Below are positions 12,138 through 21,549 of a DNA stretch of 45,909 nt, piece after piece; position 1 is the first letter of the stretch, and every line of letters starts with the position of its first letter. Below the pieces are notes generated by a model, which was not told the DNA's origin, did no database searches, and saw nothing but the letters and a program-made list of their open reading frames with translations. Source of the stretch: an uncultured Methylotenera sp. (GTDB lineage: Bacteria; Pseudomonadota; Gammaproteobacteria; Burkholderiales; Methylophilaceae); the NCBI GenBank assembly GCA_964422015.1, contig CAYQZK010000001.1, positions 1-45,909 on the forward strand. Direction: 5' to 3'. A program made the translations under genes and the position numbers.

Positions 12138-12167
12138 TCAAGCTATCAAGCTATCAAGCTATCAAGC
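12138..12167. repeat. 8-bp tandem repeat (TCAAGCTA)x3.75 spanning the LysR stop codon
   Basis: tcaagcta tcaagcta tcaagcta tcaagc read directly. Confidence 0.9.
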
Positions 12168-13048
12168 GACATCTTCTTTAGTTCGTTAAGTAGCCACTGC
12201 TGAGCTTTGCCGCCCTTGCTTCGCCATGCCAAGTAACTGGTGACTTCTGGTTTTGGTTCTGCGACTATTTTAATGACTAATTCGCCAGTCGCGACATGAC
12301 GTTCGGCCATTTTTTTTGGCAGATAGCCTACACCTAAACCAGCGATATGCGCTTGCAATTTGGCTTGCATGTCAGGTACGGTGAGTACGTCTTGCCCAGA
12401 TAAGATGCCTGATGTACGTGGGGGTAAATTGCGTGAGCTATCGGCGGCCGATATGGATCGATACCGTAAAATGTCAGAGTTTTGTAATGGTTCAGCAAGG
12501 CTGGCTAAAGGATGGCTGGAGGCGACGGTGTAGTGAAATTCTATAATACCTAAAGCTTTTGTGATGTAGCCGCCTCCAGGAGGTGAATCGCCAGGTGCGC
12601 CTATTGAAATATCTGCACGCTCTGAAGTTAAGGCATCCCAACTGCCGCCATAGACTTCGTTAAGGAGTTTGATGCGTGTGCCAAAGTTTTGAGCATAAAA
12701 TTTTTGCAGTATTGGATATAGCGCAGTAATTTTAAATAAATCGTTGATGGCAATGCTCAGTTCAGTTTCGATGCCATTGGCTACTCGTTTAACACGCGAT
12801 TCCAGTTCATTGGCAGCATTCAATAAATTTCGGCCCTCTCGTAATAGCTCTGCACCTGCTTCAGTGAGTTCTGCGCGATGGCCGCTACGATTGAATAGAC
12901 TAATGCCTAAGTCTTCTTCCAGTTTACGTACGGTATAGGTTACAGCCGAGGGTACGCGGAATAAGGATTCTGCTGCCGCAGCAAAGCTGCCTTTGCGGGC
13001 TATGGCGTCTAATACTTCTAGCGATTCAAGTGAAAGTTTAATGCTCAT
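12146..13048 (-). CDS. LysR-family regulator (YhaJ-like)
   Basis: HTH LEVLDAIARKGSFAAAAESL.RVPSAVTYTVRKLEEDLG; divergent from pirin as in yhaJ-yhaK. ATG 13048 is preferred over 13096. Confidence 0.92.
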   Translation of the reverse strand: MSIKLSLESLEVLDAIARKGSFAAAAESLFRVPSAVTYTVRKLEEDLGISLFNRSGHRAELTEAGAELLREGRNLLNAANELESRVKRVANGIETELSIAINDLFKITALYPILQKFYAQNFGTRIKLLNEVYGGSWDALTSERADISIGAPGDSPPGGGYITKALGIIEFHYTVASSHPLASLAEPLQNSDILRYRSISAADSSRNLPPRTSGILSGQDVLTVPDMQAKLQAHIAGLGVGYLPKKMAERHVATGELVIKIVAEPKPEVTSYLAWRSKGGKAQQWLLNELKKMSLDSLIA

Positions 13049-13070
13049 GTTTTTTTGATTATATTCTTTA

Positions 13071-13083
13071 TCAGTTTTTTTGA
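13071..13083. promoter_or_regulatory. putative LysR T-N11-A box
   Basis: TCA-gtttttt-TGA in the lysR/pirin divergent region; a second TCA-N7-TGA dyad lies at 13172-13184. Confidence 0.4.
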
Positions 13084-13202
13084 ACAATATTTGCAAAATT
13101 ATTCGCTATCAGTATAGAGGTAATCTGATTAATATTCAAAAATCCAATAAATATTAGGTTTATTCATTGATTCAATAAAATTGAATAAGCAGAAGGTGTT
13201 AT

Positions 13203-13940
13203 ATGAATTCTAGTGGTGAACGTATACAAATACGCAGGTCTATGGACAGAGGACACGCCAATCATGGTTGGCTTGATAGCTACCATACATTTTCTTTTGC
13301 TCAATATTACGATGCAGCTTACATGGGCTATTCAGTGTTGCGCGTTATTAACGAAGATGTGATTGCTCCGGCTCAAGGTTTTGGAATGCATCCGCACCGT
13401 GATATGGAAATCGTGACTTACATGCTACAAGGTGCATTACGTCATCAGGATAGTATGGGGAATGGTTCTGTGATTCGTGAAGGTGATGTGCAGCGTATGA
13501 GTGCAGGTACTGGTGTGAGACATAGCGAATTTAACGCGTCTAATGAAGAGTCAGCACATCTGCTACAAATATGGTTGTTACCAGAGGTTGAAGGCATTAA
13601 GCCTAGTTATGAAGAGAAGCATTTTGCTATAGCAAATAAAACCAATCAGTGGTGTTTAATTGCTTCGCGTGACGCACGTGATGGTTCTTTATTGGTGCAT
13701 CAGGATATGGCGTTATTTGCAACGCTACTGAATGCAGGTCACCAATTAGATTATAGGCCGCAGCTTGGTCGTAGCATTTATTTGCAGGTTGCGAGAGGTC
13801 ATGTTGTTTTGAATGGATTAACTTTGGTAAAGGGTGATGCCGCTATGATTGATGGTGTTGAAAATATTGAAATTACTGCGCAGCTTGATGCTGAAATGTT
13901 GTTGTTTGATTTGCCGTTTGCGAGGCATTATCAGCATTAA
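13203..13940 (+). CDS. pirin family protein (YhhW/YhaK-like)
   Basis: RGHANHGWLDSYHTFSF, GFGMHPHRDMEI, QRMSAGTGVRHSE, LQIW. Confidence 0.93.
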   Translation: MNSSGERIQIRRSMDRGHANHGWLDSYHTFSFAQYYDAAYMGYSVLRVINEDVIAPAQGFGMHPHRDMEIVTYMLQGALRHQDSMGNGSVIREGDVQRMSAGTGVRHSEFNASNEESAHLLQIWLLPEVEGIKPSYEEKHFAIANKTNQWCLIASRDARDGSLLVHQDMALFATLLNAGHQLDYRPQLGRSIYLQVARGHVVLNGLTLVKGDAAMIDGVENIEITAQLDAEMLLFDLPFARHYQH

Positions 13941-13996
13941 AAGTATTTGTATGAGTAAGGATTAAAATGAAATTAATTAAATTAAGGAGTAATTAA

Positions 13997-14584
13997 ATGA
14001 AGGTGAAAAATAGCATCATTGCATTAAGTTTATTGGCGGTTTCTGGTTTAGCAGTTGCTGGTCAAGAGGTTTATAACATTGACAATGCCCATAGCTTTGC
14101 TAACTGGACGATTCGTCATGTGGCATCAAAAACCTCTGGTACTTTTAGTGATATCACTGGAAAGCTGCTATTAGATAAAGATCATTTGGAAAATTCTAGT
14201 GTTGAAGCCAAGATTAATGTGCTGAGTGTGAGTACCAACCATGCTAAACGTGACGAGCATATTAAAAAGGAAGAATATTTACATGCCGCTAAATTTGGTG
14301 AAATGACTTTTGTGAGCACCAAAGTGGTAGCTAATTCGGCTACAGAGGGTGTGTTAACGGGTAATTTTAGTTTGCATGGCGTGACAAAAACGATTTCTTT
14401 TCCATTCAAGGTGCTGGGTTTTGGTTCTGATCCTTGGGGTGGCTATCGCACAGGTGTAGAGGCGCATACAATGATTAAAGCTTCAGATTATGGTTTTGGC
14501 TGGGCGAGTAAAGTAGGTGCGCCAGTAGGGGATGATATTGAAGTCACGCTATTGATTGAGGGCGTGAAGCAAGCAGTTAAATAA
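13997..14584 (+). CDS. YceI family periplasmic lipid/quinone-binding protein
   Basis: Signal peptide, YNID.AHS, RDEH, LHGVTK, DPWGGYRTG. Confidence 0.92.
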   Translation: MKVKNSIIALSLLAVSGLAVAGQEVYNIDNAHSFANWTIRHVASKTSGTFSDITGKLLLDKDHLENSSVEAKINVLSVSTNHAKRDEHIKKEEYLHAAKFGEMTFVSTKVVANSATEGVLTGNFSLHGVTKTISFPFKVLGFGSDPWGGYRTGVEAHTMIKASDYGFGWASKVGAPVGDDIEVTLLIEGVKQAVK

Positions 14585-14638
14585 CAAGTTTTCAGGCAAT
14601 AATTTCAAAAAACATGATTCATTCAATCGGAGAACAAT

Positions 14639-15712
14639 ATGGCGCTCGACTTATTTAGCCCAGTTCAGCTAGGTGCAATAAAACTTAACAATCGTATGGT
14701 AATGGCACCATTAACACGTAACCGTGCGGGAGAGGGTGGCGTGCCCCAAGCCATTAACGCCAAATACTATGAGCAACGTGCTTCAGCAGGGTTAATTATT
14801 TCTGAGGCTACGCCTATTTCCGCTATGGCACATGGATATCCTGCTTTACCCGGTATTTATAACGATGCGCAAGTGGCCGGCTGGAAGCAGGTGACGGATG
14901 CGGTGCATGCTAAAGGCGGAAAAATCGTGATTCAACTGTGGCATGTAGGTCGCATTTCACATCCAAGCCTGTTACCTAACAACGCGCAACCAGTGGCACC
15001 ATCCGCGATTAAACCAGCAGGTCAGGCCTTTACTTATCAAGGCTTGGTGGATTATGTAGAGCCACGCGCATTAGATGCGGTTGAGTTACCAGGTATTGTG
15101 GCGGATTATGTACATGCAACCCAATGCGCTTTGGCCGCTGGTTTTGATGGCGTTGAAGTGCATGCCGCCAATGGTTATTTGCTAGATCAGTTTTTACGTG
15201 ATGGCACTAATCATCGCACTGATCATTATGGAGGCAGCATTGAAAATCGCGCGCGTCTGTTAATGGAGGTTGTTCATGCGGTAGTCGCTGTGGCTGGTGC
15301 AGGTAAAGTAGGCGTACGCCTATCTCCAGTCAATCCATTCAATGATATGAAAGATAGCAATCCGCAAGCCCTGTTCAATGATGTGACAGATGCCTTAAAT
15401 GCATTTAATTTGGCTTATTTGCATGTGGTTGAGGGGGGTATTCATGGTGGCGGAATTGCTGATCCATTTGATTTTGTAGAACTGCGTAAACACTGTAAAT
15501 CAGCCTATATGGCAAATCTAGCCTACGATAAAGTGCGTGGTAATGTTGCCATCGCAAGTGGCCATGCCGATGCTGTGGCTTATGGTGTGCCATTTATTGC
15601 GAATCCGGACTTGGTTGAGCGATTTAAGGTGGATGCACCACTCAATGAAGCTGATTCAAGTTCGTTTTATGGGGGCGCAGAAAAAGGTTATACGGATTAT
15701 CCAACTTTATAA
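14639..15712 (+). CDS. nemA: old yellow enzyme / N-ethylmaleimide reductase-like alkene reductase
   Basis: NRMVMAPLTRNRA, QLWHVGR, EVHAANGYLLDQF, FIANPDL, FYGG..KGYTDYP. Confidence 0.9.
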   Translation: MALDLFSPVQLGAIKLNNRMVMAPLTRNRAGEGGVPQAINAKYYEQRASAGLIISEATPISAMAHGYPALPGIYNDAQVAGWKQVTDAVHAKGGKIVIQLWHVGRISHPSLLPNNAQPVAPSAIKPAGQAFTYQGLVDYVEPRALDAVELPGIVADYVHATQCALAAGFDGVEVHAANGYLLDQFLRDGTNHRTDHYGGSIENRARLLMEVVHAVVAVAGAGKVGVRLSPVNPFNDMKDSNPQALFNDVTDALNAFNLAYLHVVEGGIHGGGIADPFDFVELRKHCKSAYMANLAYDKVRGNVAIASGHADAVAYGVPFIANPDLVERFKVDAPLNEADSSSFYGGAEKGYTDYPTL

Positions 15713-15799
15713 AAACCGATCCACCAGAAGGCTTGCAATGCATTTGTTTTTTTTGATAACCCCTTGATCTGTAGGTCATTAGCAGAGTGAATCAAATAA

Positions 15800-15862
15800 A
15801 GCACCAATTTAAAGCGCGTATTTAACTGTTGCACCAAACCAATGCGCACCTAATTTAAGGTG
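15800..15862. promoter_or_regulatory. cluster of NtrC-like enhancer sites
   Basis: GCACCAATTTAAAGCG, TGCACCAAACCAATGCG and GCACCTAATTTAAGGTG resemble TGCACCA-N3-TGGTGCA and lie about 80-140 bp upstream of a sigma54 motif. Confidence 0.55.
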
Positions 15863-15878
15863 TTACTGTTTTTATACT

Positions 15879-15942
15879 AAAGACGCCCTGATAACACGAC
15901 ATTATTATTAAAAATGTCGTGTTATCAGGGCGTCTTTTTTTT
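15879..15942 (+). terminator. 25-bp perfect inverted repeat followed by a T-tract
   Basis: AAAGACGCCCTGATAACACGACATT-attattaaa-AATGTCGTGTTATCAGGGCGTCTTT, then further Ts. Confidence 0.75.
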
Positions 15943-15957
15943 GGCATAAATTTTGCG
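15941..15957 (+). promoter_or_regulatory. sigma54 (-24/-12) promoter
   Basis: TTGGCATAAATTTTGCG has GG-N10-GC with TGGCA and TTGC, about 75 bp before the chemoreceptor ATG. Confidence 0.75.
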
Positions 15958-16030
15958 TTTACTAATATGGTTTGCCTTCAATTTATTGATAAAAAGCCTA
16001 ATTTAAAACTTAAATACTTAGGAAAGTATT

Positions 16031-19000
16031 ATGAAAATTAATATGCCAGTGACGCAGCGTGAGCTCGAGCTTAAAGAAACAACCAGTATTGTTTCTAAGA
16101 CCGATCTAAAAGGAAATATCACCTTTATCAATCGTGACTTCATGGATGTTAGTGGCTTTTCTGAGGATGAGTTAATCGGGCAAAGCCAAAATGTTGTCCG
16201 TCACCCAGATATGCCTGCCGAGGCTTTTGAGGATTTATGGTCAACGATAAAAGCTGGTCGTCCGTGGATTGGGATTGTTAAAAACCGCTGTAAAAATGGT
16301 GACCATTATTGGGTAGATGCTTGTATTACACCTATTCGTGAAAATGGCGAGCATGTTGGGTATGTTTCTTTGCGCAGAAAAGCAACACGTGAGCAAATTG
16401 ATAACGCGCTCATATTGTATAAGTCTCTCACTGGCAAGCAAGGTTTAGTGGGTACTTTAAAATTGCGCGCCAGTAATTTTATGAATACATTTTCGTTGTC
16501 CGGCAAGATTTTGTCTATTTTTGCTGTGGTAACTGTAGTCAGTTTACTTTTGGGTTATGGTGGTTTATCAGGTATTCAATCCAGCAACCAGAAACTGGAA
16601 ACCGTATATAAAGACCGTGTCATTCCGTTAAAGCAGCTTAAGGTAGTTGCTGATATGTACGCCGTGAATATTGTCGATACTTCACATAAAGTGCGTAATG
16701 GCAACTTGACTTGGGCGCAAGGTGAAACCAATGTGGCGAATGCTCTACAAGAAGTAGATAAGCAATGGAAAGCCTATACGAGCACTTATTTAACAACAGA
16801 AGAAAGTAAACTGGCCGCAGAGGCGGTGCCTTTATTTGCCAAAGCTAATGCAGCTGCCAGTACCTTGCAATCCATTTTAAAAAGTCAAGATCATGACCGT
16901 ATCGCCGAATTTACGGTCAAAGAGCTATATCCAACGATTGATCCTATATCCGACAAAATTACTGAACTGATCAATTTGCAACTAAAAGTGGCTAGTGAAG
17001 AATATGATGCGGCGCAAATTGAGTATAAATCTAAGTTACAGCAAGCAATTATATTCTTAATATTGGGGCTTTCAACTTCTGCATTACTTGGCTGGAGGCT
17101 TAATAAAGCGATTATTCCGCGTTTAAAAGCTTTGAGTCATGGCTTGTTGGCAACAGCTCAAGAAGCTACTGCAACCGAGGTGGTGGAACGAGGCAGTCAT
17201 CGTGACGAATTAACTGATGTGATTGATTGTTACCGCGCACTTAAATCTAGACTGGACTTTGAAAATGCTGAAACTTTAAGTGGCGTAAATCGTATTAAAG
17301 CTTCATTAGATAATGCGACGATGGCAGTAACGGTCTCAAATGATTTAAATCGCCTCATCTACATGAATAAGGCCGCAGTTAATTTATTCGAAAGCATGAG
17401 AGCCGGCATTGCTAAACGTATGCCTGGTTTTGCTGTAAGTAACATGATGGGAACCGCTATCGGCTCTTATTTAGAGAATGATGCTGACCGTGAAAACTTT
17501 ATGCAAGACCTCACTTCGCCTAAACAAATTGACACCATCAATGCTGGTCATCATCTGCGTTTATTCCTGAACCCTGTGCATGACGAAGTCGATGGTAGTT
17601 ACTTAGGGCGTATGACGCAGTGGATAGATCGTACAGTTGAAGTTGTGGCTGAGCAGAAAGTTGAGGAGCTTATCGCGCAAACCGTAGCGGGTAATCTGAC
17701 TAAACGGATTGATGCATCTACTTTAGCGCCTGGTGCAATGCGTGAGATTAGTTTAGGTATGAATAAGCTGTTGGAAGCGGTAATTGATCCTTTGAATATG
17801 GCGGCAAATTATGTGGATAAACTTTCAAAAGGTGAAATTCCAGATGAAATTACCAGCCAATATGAGGGTGATTTTAATATTATTAAAACTAACCTGAATG
17901 CCTGTGGGGTAGCCATTAAGGCATTGGTGTCGGATGGTAATTTACTTGCAACAGATGCAGCGGCAGGTGTGCTCACAACTCGTGCTGATGCTAATAAGCA
18001 TCTTGGAGAGTATCGTAGAGTGATTGAAGGATTGAACGCTACGTTAGATGCCGTGGTAAGTCCGCTGAATATGGCGGCCAGTAGCGTTGCTGATATTGCC
18101 CGTGGGGATATTCCGGCCAAAATTACTGCACACTACAACGGAGACTTTAATAACATTAAGGACAACTTAAATACCTGTATTGAAGCTATAAATGCGTTAG
18201 TTGATGACGCGCAAATGCTTGCTAATGCGGCTCGAGATGGTAGGGTTAGTGTGCGTGCTGATGCAGAAAGCCATGAGGGTGATTTCCGTAAGATTGTAGA
18301 TGGCATGAATGAGACATTAGAAATGGTTGTTCGTCCAATTTCTACGGTAAAAGTGGCGGTGGAAACCATTAACACTGCATCAAGAGAGATTGCTGAAGGT
18401 AATGCAGATTTATCTCGCCGTACTGAAAATCAAGCAGCCTCACTTGAAAAAACTGCGGCAAGCATGGAAGAGCTTTCATCTACAGTTAAACAGAACGCAG
18501 ATAATGCTAAACAAGCGAATCAATTAGCCAGTGCAGCTTCAGGTGTTGCGGTTAGAGGTGGCACTGTGGTTGCTGAAGTGGTTGAAACCATGGATGCGAT
18601 TAACCAAAGTGCTAAGAAAATTGAAGATATTATTAGTGTAATTGATGGCATAGCCTTCCAAACCAACATTCTTGCCCTAAATGCTGCAGTTGAAGCTGCA
18701 CGTGCGGGTGAACAAGGACGTGGTTTTGCGGTGGTGGCGGGTGAAGTGCGTAATCTGGCACAACGTTCAGCATCTGCTGCTAAAGAAATTAAAGAGCTGA
18801 TTACGGATTCTGTAAGTAAAACTGCTGAAGGTACTAAGCAGGTTGAAAATGCTGGTAATACCATGCAAGAAATCGTCACATCAGTGAAACGTGTGTCTGA
18901 CATCATTAGTGAAATTGCTGCAGCATCACAAGAGCAAAGCATCGGTATTGAGCAAGTGAATGATGCGATTATGAAAATGGATGATGTAACTCAGCAAAAT

Positions 19001-19147
19001 ACTGCATTGGTTGAAGAGGCAGCAGCAGCTGAATCACTAATGGAGCAGGCCGATGAGCTAATGAATGCAGTAAGCGTGTTTCAGTTAGATGAAACAGGTG
19101 ATTCTACTCAACGTGCGAAGCCACTCAAAAGATTGGCGCTTAAATAG
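16031..19147 (+). CDS. methyl-accepting chemotaxis protein: Aer-type PAS + TM + 4HB + TM + PAS + poly-HAMP + signalling domain
   Basis: Aer PAS ([38 protein letters not shown]), 4HB_MCP-like [12 protein letters not shown], second PAS ending QWIDRT, HAMP repeats, [30 protein letters not shown]. Confidence 0.95.
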   Translation: MKINMPVTQRELELKETTSIVSKTDLKGNITFINRDFMDVSGFSEDELIGQSQNVVRHPDMPAEAFEDLWSTIKAGRPWIGIVKNRCKNGDHYWVDACITPIRENGEHVGYVSLRRKATREQIDNALILYKSLTGKQGLVGTLKLRASNFMNTFSLSGKILSIFAVVTVVSLLLGYGGLSGIQSSNQKLETVYKDRVIPLKQLKVVADMYAVNIVDTSHKVRNGNLTWAQGETNVANALQEVDKQWKAYTSTYLTTEESKLAAEAVPLFAKANAAASTLQSILKSQDHDRIAEFTVKELYPTIDPISDKITELINLQLKVASEEYDAAQIEYKSKLQQAIIFLILGLSTSALLGWRLNKAIIPRLKALSHGLLATAQEATATEVVERGSHRDELTDVIDCYRALKSRLDFENAETLSGVNRIKASLDNATMAVTVSNDLNRLIYMNKAAVNLFESMRAGIAKRMPGFAVSNMMGTAIGSYLENDADRENFMQDLTSPKQIDTINAGHHLRLFLNPVHDEVDGSYLGRMTQWIDRTVEVVAEQKVEELIAQTVAGNLTKRIDASTLAPGAMREISLGMNKLLEAVIDPLNMAANYVDKLSKGEIPDEITSQYEGDFNIIKTNLNACGVAIKALVSDGNLLATDAAAGVLTTRADANKHLGEYRRVIEGLNATLDAVVSPLNMAASSVADIARGDIPAKITAHYNGDFNNIKDNLNTCIEAINALVDDAQMLANAARDGRVSVRADAESHEGDFRKIVDGMNETLEMVVRPISTVKVAVETINTASREIAEGNADLSRRTENQAASLEKTAASMEELSSTVKQNADNAKQANQLASAASGVAVRGGTVVAEVVETMDAINQSAKKIEDIISVIDGIAFQTNILALNAAVEAARAGEQGRGFAVVAGEVRNLAQRSASAAKEIKELITDSVSKTAEGTKQVENAGNTMQEIVTSVKRVSDIISEIAAASQEQSIGIEQVNDAIMKMDDVTQQNTALVEEAAAAESLMEQADELMNAVSVFQLDETGDSTQRAKPLKRLALK
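17771..18316 (+). repeat. two 273-bp (91-aa) diverged HAMP-pair repeats within the MCP
   Basis: [12 protein letters not shown]...[11 protein letters not shown]... and [12 protein letters not shown]...[11 protein letters not shown]..., with starts at 17771 and 18044 and the next unit boundary at 18317. Confidence 0.85.
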
Positions 19148-19169
19148 GTGTAAGTCAGTAAGTTAAACC

Positions 19170-21299
19170 ATGAGTCCACTCAGCAAAACCATACTAACGG
19201 CAGAAGATGTTAAAGCGTTTAAGTACGACCATAGGCTCGTGCTCGATTCGCTCATTGATAACCTGCAAGGCATGGTGTATTGCAATTTATACGATGAACA
19301 TTGGACTATGATTTTTGCAAGTGAAGGAGCTGAGCGCTTAACAGGTTACAAGCCGCAGGACTTAATGTATAACAAGATGATTTCTTATGAGGAAGTCACT
19401 CATCAGGATGATAGAGAGTTTGTACGTAACACCATTGCTGAAGCTGTTGCCTCAGGCTCTACTTTTGAGTTTGAATATCGTATTAAGCACGCGGATGGCC
19501 ACGTGGTATGGGTGCTTGAGCGTGGTAATGCTTTATATGGAGAAAAAGGTCAAGTATTAGCGTTAGAAGGCTATATTCAAAACATTAGTAAACGCAAAAA
19601 TTACGAACATACTTTACGCGAAACTGAATTTCAGTACCGCTCAATTTTTGAAAACTCGGTTTTAGGTATTTTTCAAACGACACTCAGCGGTGAGTATTTG
19701 CTAGTTAATGCCTCATTAGCGCGTATATACGGCTATGAATCTGCCGATGAGTTGAAGCATGCACTTAATAATATTCAGCAGCAGCTTTATGTTTTGCCGC
19801 AACGGCGAGATGAATTTGTGGTTGCCATGTCAGTTAACGGTCGAGTGGAAAGCTTTGAGTATGAAGTTTATAAGAAAGATGGTAGCACCATCTGGATTTC
19901 TGAAAATGCGCGCATGGTATACGATGCGACTGGAACATTTCTTTACTATGAAGGTAGTGTGCATGACATTACCACTCGAAAAAAAGCCGAAGAAAAAAGC
20001 TATAACTTGGCTTTTTACGATCCTCTTACTAACCTACCTAACAGACGTCTATTTGTCGATAGGTTGAATCAAGCACTCGCATATACCATGCGTAACGCAA
20101 GTCATGGCGCACTATTATTTTTAGATCTTGACCACTTTAAAACACTGAATGATTCATTAGGTCATGATATTGGCGATGTGTTGTTGCAACAGGTTTCTGA
20201 TCGTTTAATTAGTTGTGTACGTCAAGGTGATACCGTTGCCCGTATTGGCGGCGATGAGTTTGTTTTACTGTTAGAGGGTCTAAGTGAGCACCCGCTAGAA
20301 GCCGCTGCACAAACTGAAACCATTGCTGAAAAAATCCTTGCCTTGCTTAATCAGCCTTATCAGCTGGGGCGACATGACTATCAAAATACGCCGAGTGTTG
20401 GTGTGGTGTTGTTTAGTGATCAGAAAGTTACGCAAGATGAGTTGCTAAAACAAGCTGATATTGCAATGTATCAAGCCAAAAAGTCTGGCCGTAATCGGGT
20501 AAGTTTTTTTGATCCGCATATGCAAGAGGCTATTAACAGTAGAGTTGACTTGGAGCGCGAGCTTAGAAAAGCGCTAGATCTCCAGCAATTTGAATTGCAC
20601 TATCAAATTCAAGTTGATCACACCGGCAAGCCTATTGGTGCAGAATCTCTTATTCGCTGGCGTCATCCAACCCGTGGCATGATTTCTCCATTTCATTTTA
20701 TTCCTTTGGCAGAAGAAACTAATTTGATATTGCCTATGGGTCAATGGGTTTTAAATGCTGCATGCAAACAACTTGGCGCTTGGCAGCTTGATGAACGCAC
20801 GCGTGACTTGGTGTTGGCGGTAAATGTGAGCGCAAAACAATTTAGGCAGCCTGATTTTGTTGCACAAGTACAAGAGGCTGTGCTCAAGAATAATATCAAA
20901 CCTGATTTGCTCAAGTTGGAGCTAACAGAGAGTATGTTGGTGGAAAATATTGAGCAAATTATCGACACCATGAATGCATTGAAATCGATAGGCATTAAAT
21001 TCTCTTTAGACGATTTTGGTACGGGATATTCTTCTTTGCAGTATTTGAAATTGTTACCGCTGAATCAATTGAAAATTGATCAGTCCTTTGTGCGTGACAT
21101 TGCTACAGATTTCAGTGATAGAGCGATTGTGCTGACTATTATTACCATGGCGCACAGCTTAGGATTGGATGTGATTGCTGAGGGCGTAGAAACAGAAGAA
21201 CAGAGACAATTTCTTTTTGATAACGGCTGTTCCAATTATCAGGGCTATCTATTTAGTAAACCGGTAGCTATTGAGGCACTAGAAAAATTGCTTTATTAA
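19170..21299 (+). CDS. PAS-PAS-GGDEF-EAL diguanylate cyclase/phosphodiesterase
   Basis: Two PAS/PAC domains, YDPLTNLPNR, DLDHFK.LND.LGH..GD, RIGGDEF, ESL (EAL variant), ELTES, DDFGTGYSSL, LKIDQSF, AEGVE, QGYLF. Confidence 0.95.
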   Translation: MSPLSKTILTAEDVKAFKYDHRLVLDSLIDNLQGMVYCNLYDEHWTMIFASEGAERLTGYKPQDLMYNKMISYEEVTHQDDREFVRNTIAEAVASGSTFEFEYRIKHADGHVVWVLERGNALYGEKGQVLALEGYIQNISKRKNYEHTLRETEFQYRSIFENSVLGIFQTTLSGEYLLVNASLARIYGYESADELKHALNNIQQQLYVLPQRRDEFVVAMSVNGRVESFEYEVYKKDGSTIWISENARMVYDATGTFLYYEGSVHDITTRKKAEEKSYNLAFYDPLTNLPNRRLFVDRLNQALAYTMRNASHGALLFLDLDHFKTLNDSLGHDIGDVLLQQVSDRLISCVRQGDTVARIGGDEFVLLLEGLSEHPLEAAAQTETIAEKILALLNQPYQLGRHDYQNTPSVGVVLFSDQKVTQDELLKQADIAMYQAKKSGRNRVSFFDPHMQEAINSRVDLERELRKALDLQQFELHYQIQVDHTGKPIGAESLIRWRHPTRGMISPFHFIPLAEETNLILPMGQWVLNAACKQLGAWQLDERTRDLVLAVNVSAKQFRQPDFVAQVQEAVLKNNIKPDLLKLELTESMLVENIEQIIDTMNALKSIGIKFSLDDFGTGYSSLQYLKLLPLNQLKIDQSFVRDIATDFSDRAIVLTIITMAHSLGLDVIAEGVETEEQRQFLFDNGCSNYQGYLFSKPVAIEALEKLLY

Positions 21300-21549
21300 A
21301 TTGAGTCAATAAATGCGTTTCAATAAGAGGCGTTAATAGCACTTTTAGGTGCATAATTAAAGTCTCGTCTAATTCTTCCACAAGTTAAACTTCTTCAAAC
21401 TACCTACGTGTTATATGACTTAATGTATGGCATGTAAATGGGTGTGGGCGGCAAACAAAAAAACATGGCTGTGCTAATGGCGCTAATTTTAGATAATATT
21501 GTTTTACGTCATAGTCTTTTATATTTTATAAATCAAAAAAACATCAATT

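Noticed and set aside
17809-18942. Minus-strand ORFs of 80-140 aa
   Set aside because: Typical antisense frames of MCP HAMP and signalling regions; no RBS or motifs.
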